Source of the DNA: Minisyncoccota bacterium
Lineage (GTDB): Bacteria > Patescibacteriota > Minisyncoccia > UBA6257 > 2-01-FULL-56-20
Length of the DNA stretch: 64,000 bases
Direction: 5' to 3'
Assembly: GCA_022843285.1 (NCBI GenBank)
Contig: JALHNY010000001.1
Coordinates: 79,128 to 143,127, forward strand
Position 1 is the first letter of the stretch, and every line of letters begins with the position of its first letter. Positions 28,798 through 38,120 of this stretch are shown here, piece after piece. The translations under genes were made by a program, and so were the position numbers. The notes under the pieces were generated by a model. It saw nothing but the letters and a program-made list of their open reading frames with translations, did not search any database and had not been told where the DNA came from.

Positions 28798-31700
28798 TTA
28801 GAGCTTTTTCGTCAACAGATCCTCCTCAAACGCCAGCACGCCGTCCAGGTCTTTCGAGTAGCCGCTCACGTCTGGCAGCTCGACGCGGCGCACGAGCGCC
28901 GACACCACCTGGATGAGCTTTGCGGTGCGCTCCCGCTCCGCCGCCGTGGGCTCAATGGGCAGGTCCAGAACTTTGCCCTCTGCGTTCGGCTCCACGAACG
29001 AGAGCATCGCCTTTCCAACCGTCTTCCCCCTGAACCTCTCGGAGTTCTCGGCGAGCACCGTGTAAAAGAGCAGCTGCTGCCTGTTGCCGTGCCGCTTGAG
29101 CTCCCTGCCCTTCTCATCCCAGTCCTCGCTCGCCCTCCCGGTCTTGTAGTCGATGATCGTCAGGGTGCCGTCCTCTTCCTCGCAGATGACGTCCGCCTTT
29201 CCCGTGATGCGCGCCTCGCCGATCGCGACCCCGTCCCGCGAGAAGTTCACCTCGACGTGCGTCGCCCTCTTGAGTTCCTCGCCGCGCTGCGAGACGTACG
29301 CCCGGATGGCGCTCTCGCCGAGCTGCTGGTGCTGCTCGAGCTCCCTGCCCCTGAAGTCGTTCTCCCCGAGGGCCTCAGCGACGAGGAGCGACACGCGCTC
29401 GGGCTCCGGCAGGCTCTTCCCCGCGTGCACGTCCAGGACGATGCGCTCGAGCACCTGGTGCACCGCGCGCCCGAACCGCACGTACGGGTCTGCGTACTGC
29501 GGGAAGCGCAGCACGTGCCGCTCGAAGAAAGCCTGCGGCCCCGCTTCTGCCACGTTGAGGAAGTCGTTGAGCTGCGTCGCGGTCAGCTGGAAGTCTGCGA
29601 CGAGGGGCTGGAACACCTCGCGCTCCTCCGCGCTCACGGGCGGCACGTCGCGCTCCCACCCCAGCTGCTCGGGAATCGGCGCAGGCTCCCCCGCGTCCGG
29701 GGGCTCCGGCAGGTGCTCCGTGGCGGGCAGCGGCTCTCCCCTCCCCGCGTCCGTCGGCGACACGCCGAACACGAGCTCGCGCTTGGCGCGGGTCACGGCG
29801 ACGTACAGGGCGCGCGCGTGGTCATCGTCGTCGTCGCCAGCGGGCGAGATGGAGAGGTTCTCCGGGAAGCGGATCTTTCGCCCGCGCCCGGACTTGAGCC
29901 ACGGGTCGGTGCTCGCGTGCAAAATGACCACCGTGTCGAACTCCATGCCCTTCGCCCGGTGCGTGGTCAGCAGGTGCACGGCGTTGCCGTCCGGCGTGAC
30001 GTGCGTCTTGATGGGCTCCCCGTGCGCCCGGCGCACGTCCGCGAACTGGACGAAGTCGGCGACGCGCGCATCCCCGCCGCGCTGCGATGCGCGGAAAGCC
30101 AGCAGCACGCTCCTGAGGCTCGCCACGAGGCTGAGGAGCCCAGCCGGGTCGCGCTCCCTCGCCCCTGTGCCGAAGTAGTAGGAGTGGAAGGGGCTCACCC
30201 TCCCCTCGTCCGTGGGGCGGGTGCCGATGAGCTGGTCCAGCACGAGCTCCGCCGGGTCGTCCGCCGCGCGGGTCGCGACCTCCGCGAGGAGCTCGGCTGC
30301 CGCTCGGACCTGCGGCACGCCGCTCTCGAGGGCCAGGTGCAGCCACGGCTGCTTGGTCGCGTGCGCGCCCCGAGACAGCTGCCAGAGCTCGAGCCGCGGG
30401 ATGCCCCAGAACGGGAAGCTCAGGGTGTGGTGCACGAGCACGTCGCTCCCCGCCGCCCTCCCGCTGCCGAGCGCCGCGACGAGCCGCGCGAGGTCAATCA
30501 CCTCCCGCACGTGCGGGTCAGCCAGCGCGTCACGCTGGCGGTCGTAGCTCACGCGAATGCCGCGCGCGCCGAGGTGGGGCACCAGGCGCTCCAGGTTGTC
30601 GTGCCGGCGCCCGATGATCGCAATGTCTCCTGGCTCCGTGCCGCTCTGGATCCTCTTCTCAACGAGCGCGGCGAGCCGCGCACGCTCCTCATCGCGGGAG
30701 CCCGCCCGAACGGCGTAGATCTCAGCTCCGCCCGCCTCGCCTCCGGATTTGAGCTCCTTGCTCAGCCCCTCGATGCGCCCCTCGAGCCTGTTGCCGATGC
30801 CGCGCACCTGCGCGACAGCAAGGTCGAGGATGCCCTGCCTGGAGCGGTAGTTGGTGGCCATGGTCACCACCGTGGCCCGCGGGTACCGCTCGCGGAAGCC
30901 GAGGATGTGCTCGATGCCCGCCCCGTGGAAGCGGTAGATGGACTGGTCGTCATCCCCGACCACCATGAGGTTCGGGTTGCCCTCGTTCGCCGGGTGGTCC
31001 GCCAGGAGAGCCAGTAGCTCAGCCTGCGCGCCGTTGGTGTCCTGGTACTCGTCCACGAGGACGTACTGGAAGCGCTCTTGCAGGTCCGCGCGGAAGTCAG
31101 GGTTCTCCCTCAGCGTGCCGATGAGGTCGACGATGAGGTCGTCAAAGTCGCGGAGCCCGCGCTCCGCGGTGAGCGCCTGGTACGCGCGGTACGCTGCCGA
31201 GAGCGACTTCAGCTTCTCGTGCTGGCCCGTTGCCTTCAGGACCTGCGCGTCACCCGACTTCTCCATGTGCCTCTTCTTCCACGCGGTGATGGGCTCGGTG
31301 CTGCCGCCGGCCTCGGCGTCCATGACGGCCGCCTCGAGGCTGTTGGCGATTGCCACGTTGAGGCTGGGGTGCGACGCGAGCGGGAAGGGCTTCACGGGCA
31401 GGGCGCGCACGGCTGCGGCTGCCGCGGCGTAGCGCGGCAGGAGCTTCTTGCCGGTGCGCTCACTGAAGACGGCGAGCGCACCGTTAATCTGCGGGATGAC
31501 CTCCCCGTTGCGCTCCAAAATTGCATCGAGCGTGTCCGGCCCGATGCCGGCCCGCTTGAGGTCCTGGAGGCACGAGCCGACGTCCCCGAGGTACGTGAAC
31601 TCCTCCGACGGGTGGCCGGTTCGCAGCACGTCGCGGAGCGGGAGGGACCGCAGCACCTCGGCAATGATCTCGGCGCGCTCCACGTCCTCGGTGGTCTCGA

Positions 31701-32034
31701 GGTTCGCACCCGATGCGAAGAGCTCGGGGTACTCCCCCGCGATCTTCGCCGCGAACGAGTGGAACGTGCCAATCGTCACGCGGTACGCGTCGCGGCCGAC
31801 GAGCTCGGCGAGGCGCCGGCGCATGGTGGACGCTGCGGAGTCGGTGAAGGTGAGGCACAGGATGCTCGTGGGTCCGGCATCGGTCTTCCTGAGAATCTGG
31901 GCCACGCGCAGGGCCAGGATCTCGGTCTTTCCCGATCCCGGTCCCGCCACGACGAGCACCGCGCCCTCGACGGTGCCCACCGCGAGGCGCTGCTGGTCGT
32001 TGAGCTTGGCGTAGCGCTCCTCGAAGCTTGGCAC
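28798..32034 (-). CDS. UvrD/PcrA-family helicase fused to C-terminal PD-(D/E)XK nuclease (AddA-like helicase-nuclease)
   Basis: N-terminal AGPGSGKT Walker A, UvrD motifs (LVDEYQDTN, helicase C-terminal region), C-terminal ...ITGKADVICEEEDGTLTIIDYKTGR nuclease motif. Confidence 0.8.
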   Translation of the reverse strand: MPSFEERYAKLNDQQRLAVGTVEGAVLVVAGPGSGKTEILALRVAQILRKTDAGPTSILCLTFTDSAASTMRRRLAELVGRDAYRVTIGTFHSFAAKIAGEYPELFASGANLETTEDVERAEIIAEVLRSLPLRDVLRTGHPSEEFTYLGDVGSCLQDLKRAGIGPDTLDAILERNGEVIPQINGALAVFSERTGKKLLPRYAAAAAAVRALPVKPFPLASHPSLNVAIANSLEAAVMDAEAGGSTEPITAWKKRHMEKSGDAQVLKATGQHEKLKSLSAAYRAYQALTAERGLRDFDDLIVDLIGTLRENPDFRADLQERFQYVLVDEYQDTNGAQAELLALLADHPANEGNPNLMVVGDDDQSIYRFHGAGIEHILGFRERYPRATVVTMATNYRSRQGILDLAVAQVRGIGNRLEGRIEGLSKELKSGGEAGGAEIYAVRAGSRDEERARLAALVEKRIQSGTEPGDIAIIGRRHDNLERLVPHLGARGIRVSYDRQRDALADPHVREVIDLARLVAALGSGRAAGSDVLVHHTLSFPFWGIPRLELWQLSRGAHATKQPWLHLALESGVPQVRAAAELLAEVATRAADDPAELVLDQLIGTRPTDEGRVSPFHSYYFGTGARERDPAGLLSLVASLRSVLLAFRASQRGGDARVADFVQFADVRRAHGEPIKTHVTPDGNAVHLLTTHRAKGMEFDTVVILHASTDPWLKSGRGRKIRFPENLSISPAGDDDDDHARALYVAVTRAKRELVFGVSPTDAGRGEPLPATEHLPEPPDAGEPAPIPEQLGWERDVPPVSAEEREVFQPLVADFQLTATQLNDFLNVAEAGPQAFFERHVLRFPQYADPYVRFGRAVHQVLERIVLDVHAGKSLPEPERVSLLVAEALGENDFRGRELEQHQQLGESAIRAYVSQRGEELKRATHVEVNFSRDGVAIGEARITGKADVICEEEDGTLTIIDYKTGRASEDWDEKGRELKRHGNRQQLLFYTVLAENSERFRGKTVGKAMLSFVEPNAEGKVLDLPIEPTAAERERTAKLIQVVSALVRRVELPDVSGYSKDLDGVLAFEEDLLTKKL

Positions 32035-32132
32035 GGGCTAACTGTACCGCACGCGCCCCTCCGCTACGTGGACATTCTTGCAATGTATGGCATGATGCTG
32101 AAACCGCATTTTGAAAGAGGAGAGGAAAGCAA

Positions 32133-32480
32133 ATGGAGACCATGTCGTCTATGAAAAAGTCACTCCGCAGCGCCTTCGGCTTGCGGACGCGGCTCCGGCG
32201 CGAGCTGGATGCCATTTTGGATGCCTGCGGCATCCCGCAGGAGCGGGCGCACCTTTCGCACGATGGCAAGGAGCGCCGTGCCGTCACGGTGTGGGCGCCG
32301 GGTGGGGTCAACCCCCTCGGCACGATCACGCTCAACCTGCAGCGAGCGCCCGGGGCGACGAGCCACGAGACGTTCGTGACGCTCTCGATGAACCACGCCC
32401 AGGACCAGGAGCACTACAACCTGGAACTGGACCGGCACACCGTGCACGTCCGCGTGCGGGCAATGGCGTTCCCGCCCTGA
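32133..32480 (+). CDS. Hypothetical protein (115 aa)
   Basis: SD agaggagagg 8 nt upstream of ATG. Confidence 0.4.
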   Translation: METMSSMKKSLRSAFGLRTRLRRELDAILDACGIPQERAHLSHDGKERRAVTVWAPGGVNPLGTITLNLQRAPGATSHETFVTLSMNHAQDQEHYNLELDRHTVHVRVRAMAFPP

Positions 32481-32519
32481 GGAAAAGAAAAACTGAGGGC
32501 CGCGAGAGCGGCCCTCTCG

Positions 32520-33152
32520 CTACCCTCGGTGGCGCCAGTACAGGTACGCGAGCCCCGCGATGAGCCCGAGGAGCACGCCCACCTGCACAAGAGACTCGAT
32601 GCTCGAGGACTGCTCAATGAACGCCTTCGCGGCACCCGTCCCCACGTACCCCACGTACAGGTACACGAAGTCGCGCATGACCGTGCCGACGTACGTGGCG
32701 AACGCGTAGAGGCGCAGGTTCACCTTGAGCACGCCGCAGCCCACCGAGATGAGCGAGCTCGGCACGATTGGGAGTGCCCTGAAGACGGTGAGGAGCACGT
32801 AGTCCCTCCAGCCGTTGCCGAGTCGCTTGCCGAACGACTCAATCTGGGCGTGCGTGACGCCGAAGAACTTGGCGAAGCGCCCCGAGAGCAGGTCCTCCGC
32901 GCGGTCCGCGACCTTGTACACGAGGAGCGCGCCGAGAAGCTTCCCGAGCGAGCCGAGGAGGGCGAGCGTGATGAGACCGCCGATCGCGTACCCCTGCACG
33001 TCCGCGAGCGAGCCGGAGACCACCATGACCGCCGGTGACGGCACCGGCGCGACCACCTCTTCGACGAACGATGCCACGATGGCAAAAACCTCCAGGGGTA
33101 CCCTGTCCGCGTACGAGATGAGCAGAGCCTCGAGCTCGCTGAAGATGGACAT
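32520..33152 (-). CDS. DedA/SNARE-associated (TVP38) family membrane protein
   Basis: characteristic DedA pattern ...VEEVVAPVPS...LVYKVADRAEDLL...GRF.KFFG...VLLTVFRALPIVPSSLISVGCGVLK; start ATG 33150-33152 preceded by TACAGT-N10. Confidence 0.75.
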   Translation of the reverse strand: MSIFSELEALLISYADRVPLEVFAIVASFVEEVVAPVPSPAVMVVSGSLADVQGYAIGGLITLALLGSLGKLLGALLVYKVADRAEDLLSGRFAKFFGVTHAQIESFGKRLGNGWRDYVLLTVFRALPIVPSSLISVGCGVLKVNLRLYAFATYVGTVMRDFVYLYVGYVGTGAAKAFIEQSSSIESLVQVGVLLGLIAGLAYLYWRHRG

Positions 33153-33255
33153 CAGTACACACACTGTACAGGAACGCCCGCCGCGGTGCGTTGACTAAAC
33201 TCTAAATTGTGTTTACGTTACGTACAGAGACTGAACAACACGAGGAAAACTGAAT

Positions 33256-33738
33256 ATGACCATGCAACTGCCCATGGACGTCAGCCAAATGGCTGCGTTC
33301 TCGAGGCTCCACCACAACCTGAGGACAGGCGCGAGCCTGAGCGAGAGCCCCTTCGAGGAGTACCAGCGCGGCGACAACTTCACCGTCTGGCTCTACAAAA
33401 CGGACCCGCGTATCGAGTACGTCGAGCTGACCGGCGCGAGCAAGCCGCACTGCCACGAACGCCAGAACAGCGCGTTCTGGTTTCTGACACCGGCGACGCT
33501 GGTGCTCGGCGGGTCCGGCGTCAAGGGTCCGCGCGCCACCGTGGTCGCGTACCTGACGCGGTACGCCGCGGAGATCGGCACCCCCTACCTGGTGCCGCCC
33601 TACGTCTTTCACGCCGTGGAGCCGCTCCCCGACCAGATTCGCGCGCGCTTCTTCATCTTCAACTCGGCGCACCGCCCGAGGACGAGCTCCGAGTACACGG
33701 ACGACTCGATCTTCCCGGACCACTGCGTGTACCGCTGA
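33256..33738 (+). CDS. Cupin-fold protein (putative)
   Basis: KPHCHERQNSAFWFL...G fits cupin HxH...E...G metal motif; SD gaggaaaa. Confidence 0.4.
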   Translation: MTMQLPMDVSQMAAFSRLHHNLRTGASLSESPFEEYQRGDNFTVWLYKTDPRIEYVELTGASKPHCHERQNSAFWFLTPATLVLGGSGVKGPRATVVAYLTRYAAEIGTPYLVPPYVFHAVEPLPDQIRARFFIFNSAHRPRTSSEYTDDSIFPDHCVYR

Positions 33739-33775
33739 CTTAAACCGAAAGCCTGGCTCCCCGCCAGGCTTTTCG

Positions 33776-35410
33776 CTACTTCACGTGCTGCTGCGCGTAC
33801 GCCCAGTCTCCGTGCACCTTCTTGCCGGGGTTGAAGATGCCCCGCGGGTCGAAGATGTCCTTCGTCCTCTCGAAGAGGCGCGTGACCTCGGGGCCGAACT
33901 GCTGCTCCACGAAGCGCGTGCGGATGAGGCCGTCGTTGTGCTCGCCGCTGGTGGACCCGCCGAACGCGAGGGTGAGGTCTATGGCCTCGTCCTGCAGCTG
34001 GTACATGGCTCTGCGCGCCTCGGGATCGTGGAGGTTGATGAGCGGAATGATGTGGAAGTTGCCGTCCCCGACGTGCCCGGCGATGGTGTACGTCATCAGG
34101 TGCGCGTACTTCTCCATGAGCTTCTCGAGCTGCGGCATGAACTCGGAGAGCTTCTCCGGCGCGACGATGAGGTCGTCGATGAAGGGCGCGGTCTGCCGGT
34201 CCTTCACGCGCTCGCGCAGGAGCGAGAAGCTCTCGCGCCGAATCGCCCAGTACTTGTTAGCCTCCCCGCTCCTGCCGGCAGCCTTGTGCGCGATGCCGCG
34301 CTCCGTGAGCATGGCGCGCAGCCCCGCCGTCCGGCTGGCGAGCTCTGCCGGGTCATCGGACGTGAGCTCCGCGAGGATGGTTAGGCGGGGCATGCCGTGG
34401 CGCACCGCGTAGAGCAGCTCCGGGATGAAGCGCAGGCCGAGCGTGAGCATGCCCACGCCCAGGTGGCGCGCGAGCACCGGCACGAAGCGGATCGCGAGCC
34501 GGAGCGTGTGGTGGTCGAAGGACTCGAGGCTCTCGGGCCTGAAGGCGAGTATGTCCTTCACGAGCGGCGCGATGTGCGACTCGCTCTCGAGGAACGCGAC
34601 GGTGAGCTCGGAGTGCGCCTTGGGCTTCTCGAGGCGCAGGGTGACGTCCGTGATGAGGCAGAGCGTCCCCTGCGATCCGGTCACCAGCTGCGTGACGTCG
34701 AAGGTCTTCGCCTCAGGGTTCCACACATCCCATAGTGCGTACCCGGAAGAGTTCTTGGTGACCTTCGGCCGCGCCCCCCGGATGGTGGCCTGGTGCTTCA
34801 TGACGAGCTCGTGGAGCCCGCGGTACACCTCGCCCTCGCGGTTCTGGAGCGCGAGCTTCTCCCCGAGCTCAGCCTCGCCGAGCTTGCGGAAGGTCACCTG
34901 GGAGCCGTCATCCAGCACTGCGTCGATGCTCTCCACGTAGCGGTTCGTCTTGCCGTACCCGAGGTTCTTCTCTCCGCCGGCGTTGTTCGCCACCATGCCG
35001 CCGATGGCGCAGATGTTCTTCGAGGCGGGGTAGCTTGGGAAGAAGTACCCCGCCTTCGCGGCGCGCGCTTCGAGCTCGCGGTAGTAGGTGCCGGGCCCGG
35101 CAGACGCGGTGCTCCCCCCGGAGTACCCGATGTGGTTCAGCTTGGCGCAGTCCACCTGGATGGACTCCGTGAGCGACCCCCCGCTCATGCAGGTGCCGCC
35201 GGCTCGCGCGGTGAGGGAGACCTCCTCGCCCGCCTCAGCCCGCAGGTGCACCGCCCTCACGGCGTTCGCCAGGTCGGTCGCGTCCTCGGGGATGAACACG
35301 GCTGCGGGGACCACCCTGAAGATGGACGCGTCCGTGCTCCGCGCCGCGCGCGAGCTCTCATCCTCGAGCACCTTGCCGCGGACCGCTGACCTCAGGAAAC
35401 CCAAATCCAT
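33776..35410 (-). CDS. FAD-linked oxidase (GlcD/D-lactate dehydrogenase-like, PCMH FAD-binding + C-terminal oxidase domain)
   Basis: FAD_binding_4-type N-domain (ARAGGTCMSGGS...), C-terminal FAD-oxidase_C (HVGDGNFH, GGSTSGEHNDG). Confidence 0.8.
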   Translation of the reverse strand: MDLGFLRSAVRGKVLEDESSRAARSTDASIFRVVPAAVFIPEDATDLANAVRAVHLRAEAGEEVSLTARAGGTCMSGGSLTESIQVDCAKLNHIGYSGGSTASAGPGTYYRELEARAAKAGYFFPSYPASKNICAIGGMVANNAGGEKNLGYGKTNRYVESIDAVLDDGSQVTFRKLGEAELGEKLALQNREGEVYRGLHELVMKHQATIRGARPKVTKNSSGYALWDVWNPEAKTFDVTQLVTGSQGTLCLITDVTLRLEKPKAHSELTVAFLESESHIAPLVKDILAFRPESLESFDHHTLRLAIRFVPVLARHLGVGMLTLGLRFIPELLYAVRHGMPRLTILAELTSDDPAELASRTAGLRAMLTERGIAHKAAGRSGEANKYWAIRRESFSLLRERVKDRQTAPFIDDLIVAPEKLSEFMPQLEKLMEKYAHLMTYTIAGHVGDGNFHIIPLINLHDPEARRAMYQLQDEAIDLTLAFGGSTSGEHNDGLIRTRFVEQQFGPEVTRLFERTKDIFDPRGIFNPGKKVHGDWAYAQQHVK

Positions 35411-35422
35411 GCGGCTATCGTA

Positions 35423-36277
35423 TCACGCGAAGCACGCGCGCAGCCTCTTCAGGTTCTCCTCGTCTGGCCCGAGGTCATCGATGCCGGGCACCTCGAGCAC
35501 CCACGCCGCGTGGCTGAACGCGCCGCTGCCCGCGAGCGCGCGGAAGCCGTCCGTGCCGATGTGCCCGTCCCCGATGTTCTCGTGCTTGTCGTTGTGGCTC
35601 CCCGCCAGCGTCTTCGAGTCGTTGGCGTGCACCGCGTACGTCCGCGCGAAGCCGACCGTGCTGTTCCAGCGTTCCAGGAACGCCCCGAGCGTGCCGGGGT
35701 CCGCGTAGTCGTCGATGATGCCGGACTCGAAGGCGTGGGCCGTGTCCAGGCAGCAGCCCGTGCGCTCCGGGTCCCCCACCTCGGCGAGCATGGCTGCAAT
35801 CTCCTCGGGGTTGCCCCCGAGCTTCGTGCCGCCGGCCGCGGTGTTCTCGATCAGCAGGCGCGCCTTGCCCGGGACCGACTCGAGCACCCTGCGCATGCCC
35901 GCCGCCGTGAGCCTGATGCCATCTTCCGGCAGCTGCGCGCCGTACGAGCCCGGGTGGAAGACGAGCCCGTCCGCGCCGAGAGCCTCGGCAATCGCCATGT
36001 GCGCGGCGAGGTTCTTCTCGGATCGCGCGCGCAGCGCCGGCGTGTCCGAGCTCAGGTTCACCAGGTACGCCGCGTGGAGGTACACGGCGCCGATGCCGGT
36101 CTTCTCCCGCGCCTCCCGGAAGGCTGCCACGTCCTCGTCCCCCGGCAGGTTGGCCACGTACGAGCGCGGGGAGGCGCCAAAGATCTGAATCGCCTCCGCC
36201 CCCATGTCCTTGCCACGGTACAGGGCGCGGTACGCGCCACCCGCCGCCGACACGTGCATTCCCAGGAGCGGCCGCAT
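35423..36277 (-). CDS. nfo: Deoxyribonuclease IV (endonuclease IV, AP endonuclease family 2)
   Basis: LGMHVSAAGG, HAAYLVNL, FHPGS, CLDTAHAF, AVHANDSK motifs. Confidence 0.85.
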   Translation of the reverse strand: MRPLLGMHVSAAGGAYRALYRGKDMGAEAIQIFGASPRSYVANLPGDEDVAAFREAREKTGIGAVYLHAAYLVNLSSDTPALRARSEKNLAAHMAIAEALGADGLVFHPGSYGAQLPEDGIRLTAAGMRRVLESVPGKARLLIENTAAGGTKLGGNPEEIAAMLAEVGDPERTGCCLDTAHAFESGIIDDYADPGTLGAFLERWNSTVGFARTYAVHANDSKTLAGSHNDKHENIGDGHIGTDGFRALAGSGAFSHAAWVLEVPGIDDLGPDEENLKRLRACFA

Positions 36278-36278
36278 G

Positions 36279-37040
36279 CTACTTCTCGGCGTGGTGCTTC
36301 TTGCCAGCCACGAAGCCCTCGACCGCCTTCAGGATTTCGAGCGGCACCGTGAAGATAATCGTGTTGGACTGGTCCGACGACACGTCGTTGATGGACTGGA
36401 GCGTGCGCAGGTGGAGCGCGCCGTCCACGCCCGAGAGGATGCGCGCTGCCTCCGCCATGTTCTGGGCGGCCGCGAGCTCACCCTCGGAGTTGATGATGAC
36501 CGCGCGCTTCTCGCGCTCCGCCTCGGCCTGCTTGGCGATGGTGCGCTCCATGTCCCCCGGCAGGCTGATGTCCTTAAGTTCCACGTTGCTCACCTTGAGG
36601 CCCCACGCGTCCGTCTCGCGGTCCACGATGTCCCTGATGCGCTCCGCAATCTTCTCGCGGTTGGCGAGCAGCTCGTCGAGCGTCGCCTCTCCCACCACGT
36701 TGCGCATGGTGGTCTGCGCGTACTGCGAGATGGCGTAGAAGAAGTTCTCCACCTCCAAAATGGCACGCTCCGCCGAGCTCACGCGGTAGTAGATGACCGC
36801 GTTCACGGTCACCGAGACGTTGTCGCGCGTGATCGCGCGCTGGTCCGGCACGTCGACCGCCTTCACGCGCATGTCCACCTTCCGGTAGCTCTGGAACACC
36901 GGGACCACGAGGCGCCACCCCGGCGCCATGGTCCCCGTGAAGCGGCCCATGGTGAACTTCAGGCCCACCTCGTACTGGTTGATCTGCTTGAGGCTCGCGA
37001 AGAGCACCAGGAGCAGGAAAATAACAGTGAAGAACGTCAT
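36279..37040 (-). CDS. SPFH/band-7 (stomatin/prohibitin-like) membrane protein
   Basis: N-terminal TM, QYEVGLKFTMGRF, ...RDNVSVTVNAVIYYRV...; true start ATG 37038-37040 (ORF-track extends to 37934 spuriously). Confidence 0.8.
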   Translation of the reverse strand: MTFFTVIFLLLVLFASLKQINQYEVGLKFTMGRFTGTMAPGWRLVVPVFQSYRKVDMRVKAVDVPDQRAITRDNVSVTVNAVIYYRVSSAERAILEVENFFYAISQYAQTTMRNVVGEATLDELLANREKIAERIRDIVDRETDAWGLKVSNVELKDISLPGDMERTIAKQAEAEREKRAVIINSEGELAAAQNMAEAARILSGVDGALHLRTLQSINDVSSDQSNTIIFTVPLEILKAVEGFVAGKKHHAEK

Positions 37041-37076
37041 GCGCCGAGTATAGCACCGGTCAGGTATACTGTGCGC
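37041..37076. promoter_or_regulatory. Divergent leaderless promoter pair: TATACT-N6-ATG on both strands
   Basis: minus: gtgcTATACTcggcgcATG (SPFH); plus: aggTATACTgtgcgcATG (META-domain gene). Confidence 0.5.
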
Positions 37077-37568
37077 ATGACCAAAAAAGTGATTTTCGTT
37101 GCCATCCTTGCCCTCATCGTGGCAGCCGCGTTCTTCATTGCCGACATGGAGCAGACGAAGGCTCCCGAAGTGGCCACCACCGAGCAGCCCAGCGGCACGC
37201 CACAGCAGGCGAACTCCCCCGCCGCGCCCGGCGTCGACGGCACGCGCTGGGAGTGGCGGCAGACGGTGAACGCCGACGGCACGGTGACCAAGCCCGCCGA
37301 TCCCTCGAAGTTCGTCATCACATTCAGCGGCGACACGTTCTCCAGCACCACGGACTGCAACTCCATGCGCGGCCTGCTCGCGGTGGACGGCGAGGTCATG
37401 AGCATGGGGCAGATCGCGAGCACGAAGATGTTCTGCGAGGGAAGCCTGGAGGTTGAGTACGCCCAGGACCTCCAGCTCGTGGGCTCCCACCAGATCTCCG
37501 GCGACACCCTGACCCTCATCCAGCTGAAGGACGCGGGCACGATGACCTTCGCACGGGTGAACGGCTAG
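37077..37568 (+). CDS. META/HslJ-like domain protein with N-terminal membrane anchor
   Basis: TM then ...FSGDTFSSTTDCNSMRGLLAVDGEVMSMGQIASTKMFCEG... resembles META (DUF306) motif; ORF-track start 36204 spurious. Confidence 0.45.
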   Translation: MTKKVIFVAILALIVAAAFFIADMEQTKAPEVATTEQPSGTPQQANSPAAPGVDGTRWEWRQTVNADGTVTKPADPSKFVITFSGDTFSSTTDCNSMRGLLAVDGEVMSMGQIASTKMFCEGSLEVEYAQDLQLVGSHQISGDTLTLIQLKDAGTMTFARVNG

Positions 37569-37569
37569 C

Positions 37570-38052
37570 ATGATCTCCAAAGATTTCCTCAGGCAGCTCC
37601 TCGCCAAGGAGTACGCGACCACGCTCCGCGTCCTGCGCGCCTTCCCCGCGGACCAGGCGAGCTTCACCCCGCACGAGCGATCCAACACGGCTCTGCGCCT
37701 CGCGCAGACGTTCGTGTTCGAGATGCTCCTCCTGAACCGCGACGCGTTCGGCAAGCCGCTCGCCGCTGACGCGTTCTCCGCGTACAACCCCCCGGACCTC
37801 GAAGCCGCAATAGCGGACTTCGAGCGCGAGTCTGCCGGCACGCTCGCCAACCTCGACGCCCTCCCGGAGCAGGACCTCCGGCGAGAGGTGCAGTTCGCGG
37901 GCAGGACGTTCTGGGTTGGCGAGTACATTCTCATGATGCTGTTCGACCAGATTCACCACCGCGGCCAGCTCACCGTCTACGTGCGCATGGCTGGGGGCAA
38001 GGTTCCCTCTATCTACGGCCCCTCCGCCGACGACCCCTCGACGAACCTCTAG
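37570..38052 (+). CDS. DinB/YfiT-like (DinB_2) family metal-dependent protein
   Basis: four-helix DinB signature incl. ...ILMMLFDQIHHRGQLTVYVR... Confidence 0.65.
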   Translation: MISKDFLRQLLAKEYATTLRVLRAFPADQASFTPHERSNTALRLAQTFVFEMLLLNRDAFGKPLAADAFSAYNPPDLEAAIADFERESAGTLANLDALPEQDLRREVQFAGRTFWVGEYILMMLFDQIHHRGQLTVYVRMAGGKVPSIYGPSADDPSTNL

Positions 38053-38069
38053 CCGTTGCAAGAGCCCCT

Positions 38070-38098
38070 CTGCCGTGCCAGCATCACGGCAGCTTTTA
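38070..38098 (+). terminator. Rho-independent terminator after DinB-like gene
   Basis: CTGCCGTGccagcatCACGGCAGCTTTTACT. Confidence 0.5.
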
Positions 38099-38120
38099 CT
38101 ATTTCTATTCGAGGTGATGT

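Noticed and set aside
29089-31017. 642-aa plus-strand ORF inside the helicase-nuclease gene
   Set aside because: It is antisense shadow. The translation is Arg/Leu/Val/Glu-rich and lacks motifs.
36204-37076. N-terminal 290 aa of ORF 36204..37568
   Set aside because: Only the part from ATG 37077 forms a plausible protein (TM + META domain), and it has a TATACT-N6 promoter. The upstream part is antisense to nfo/SPFH.
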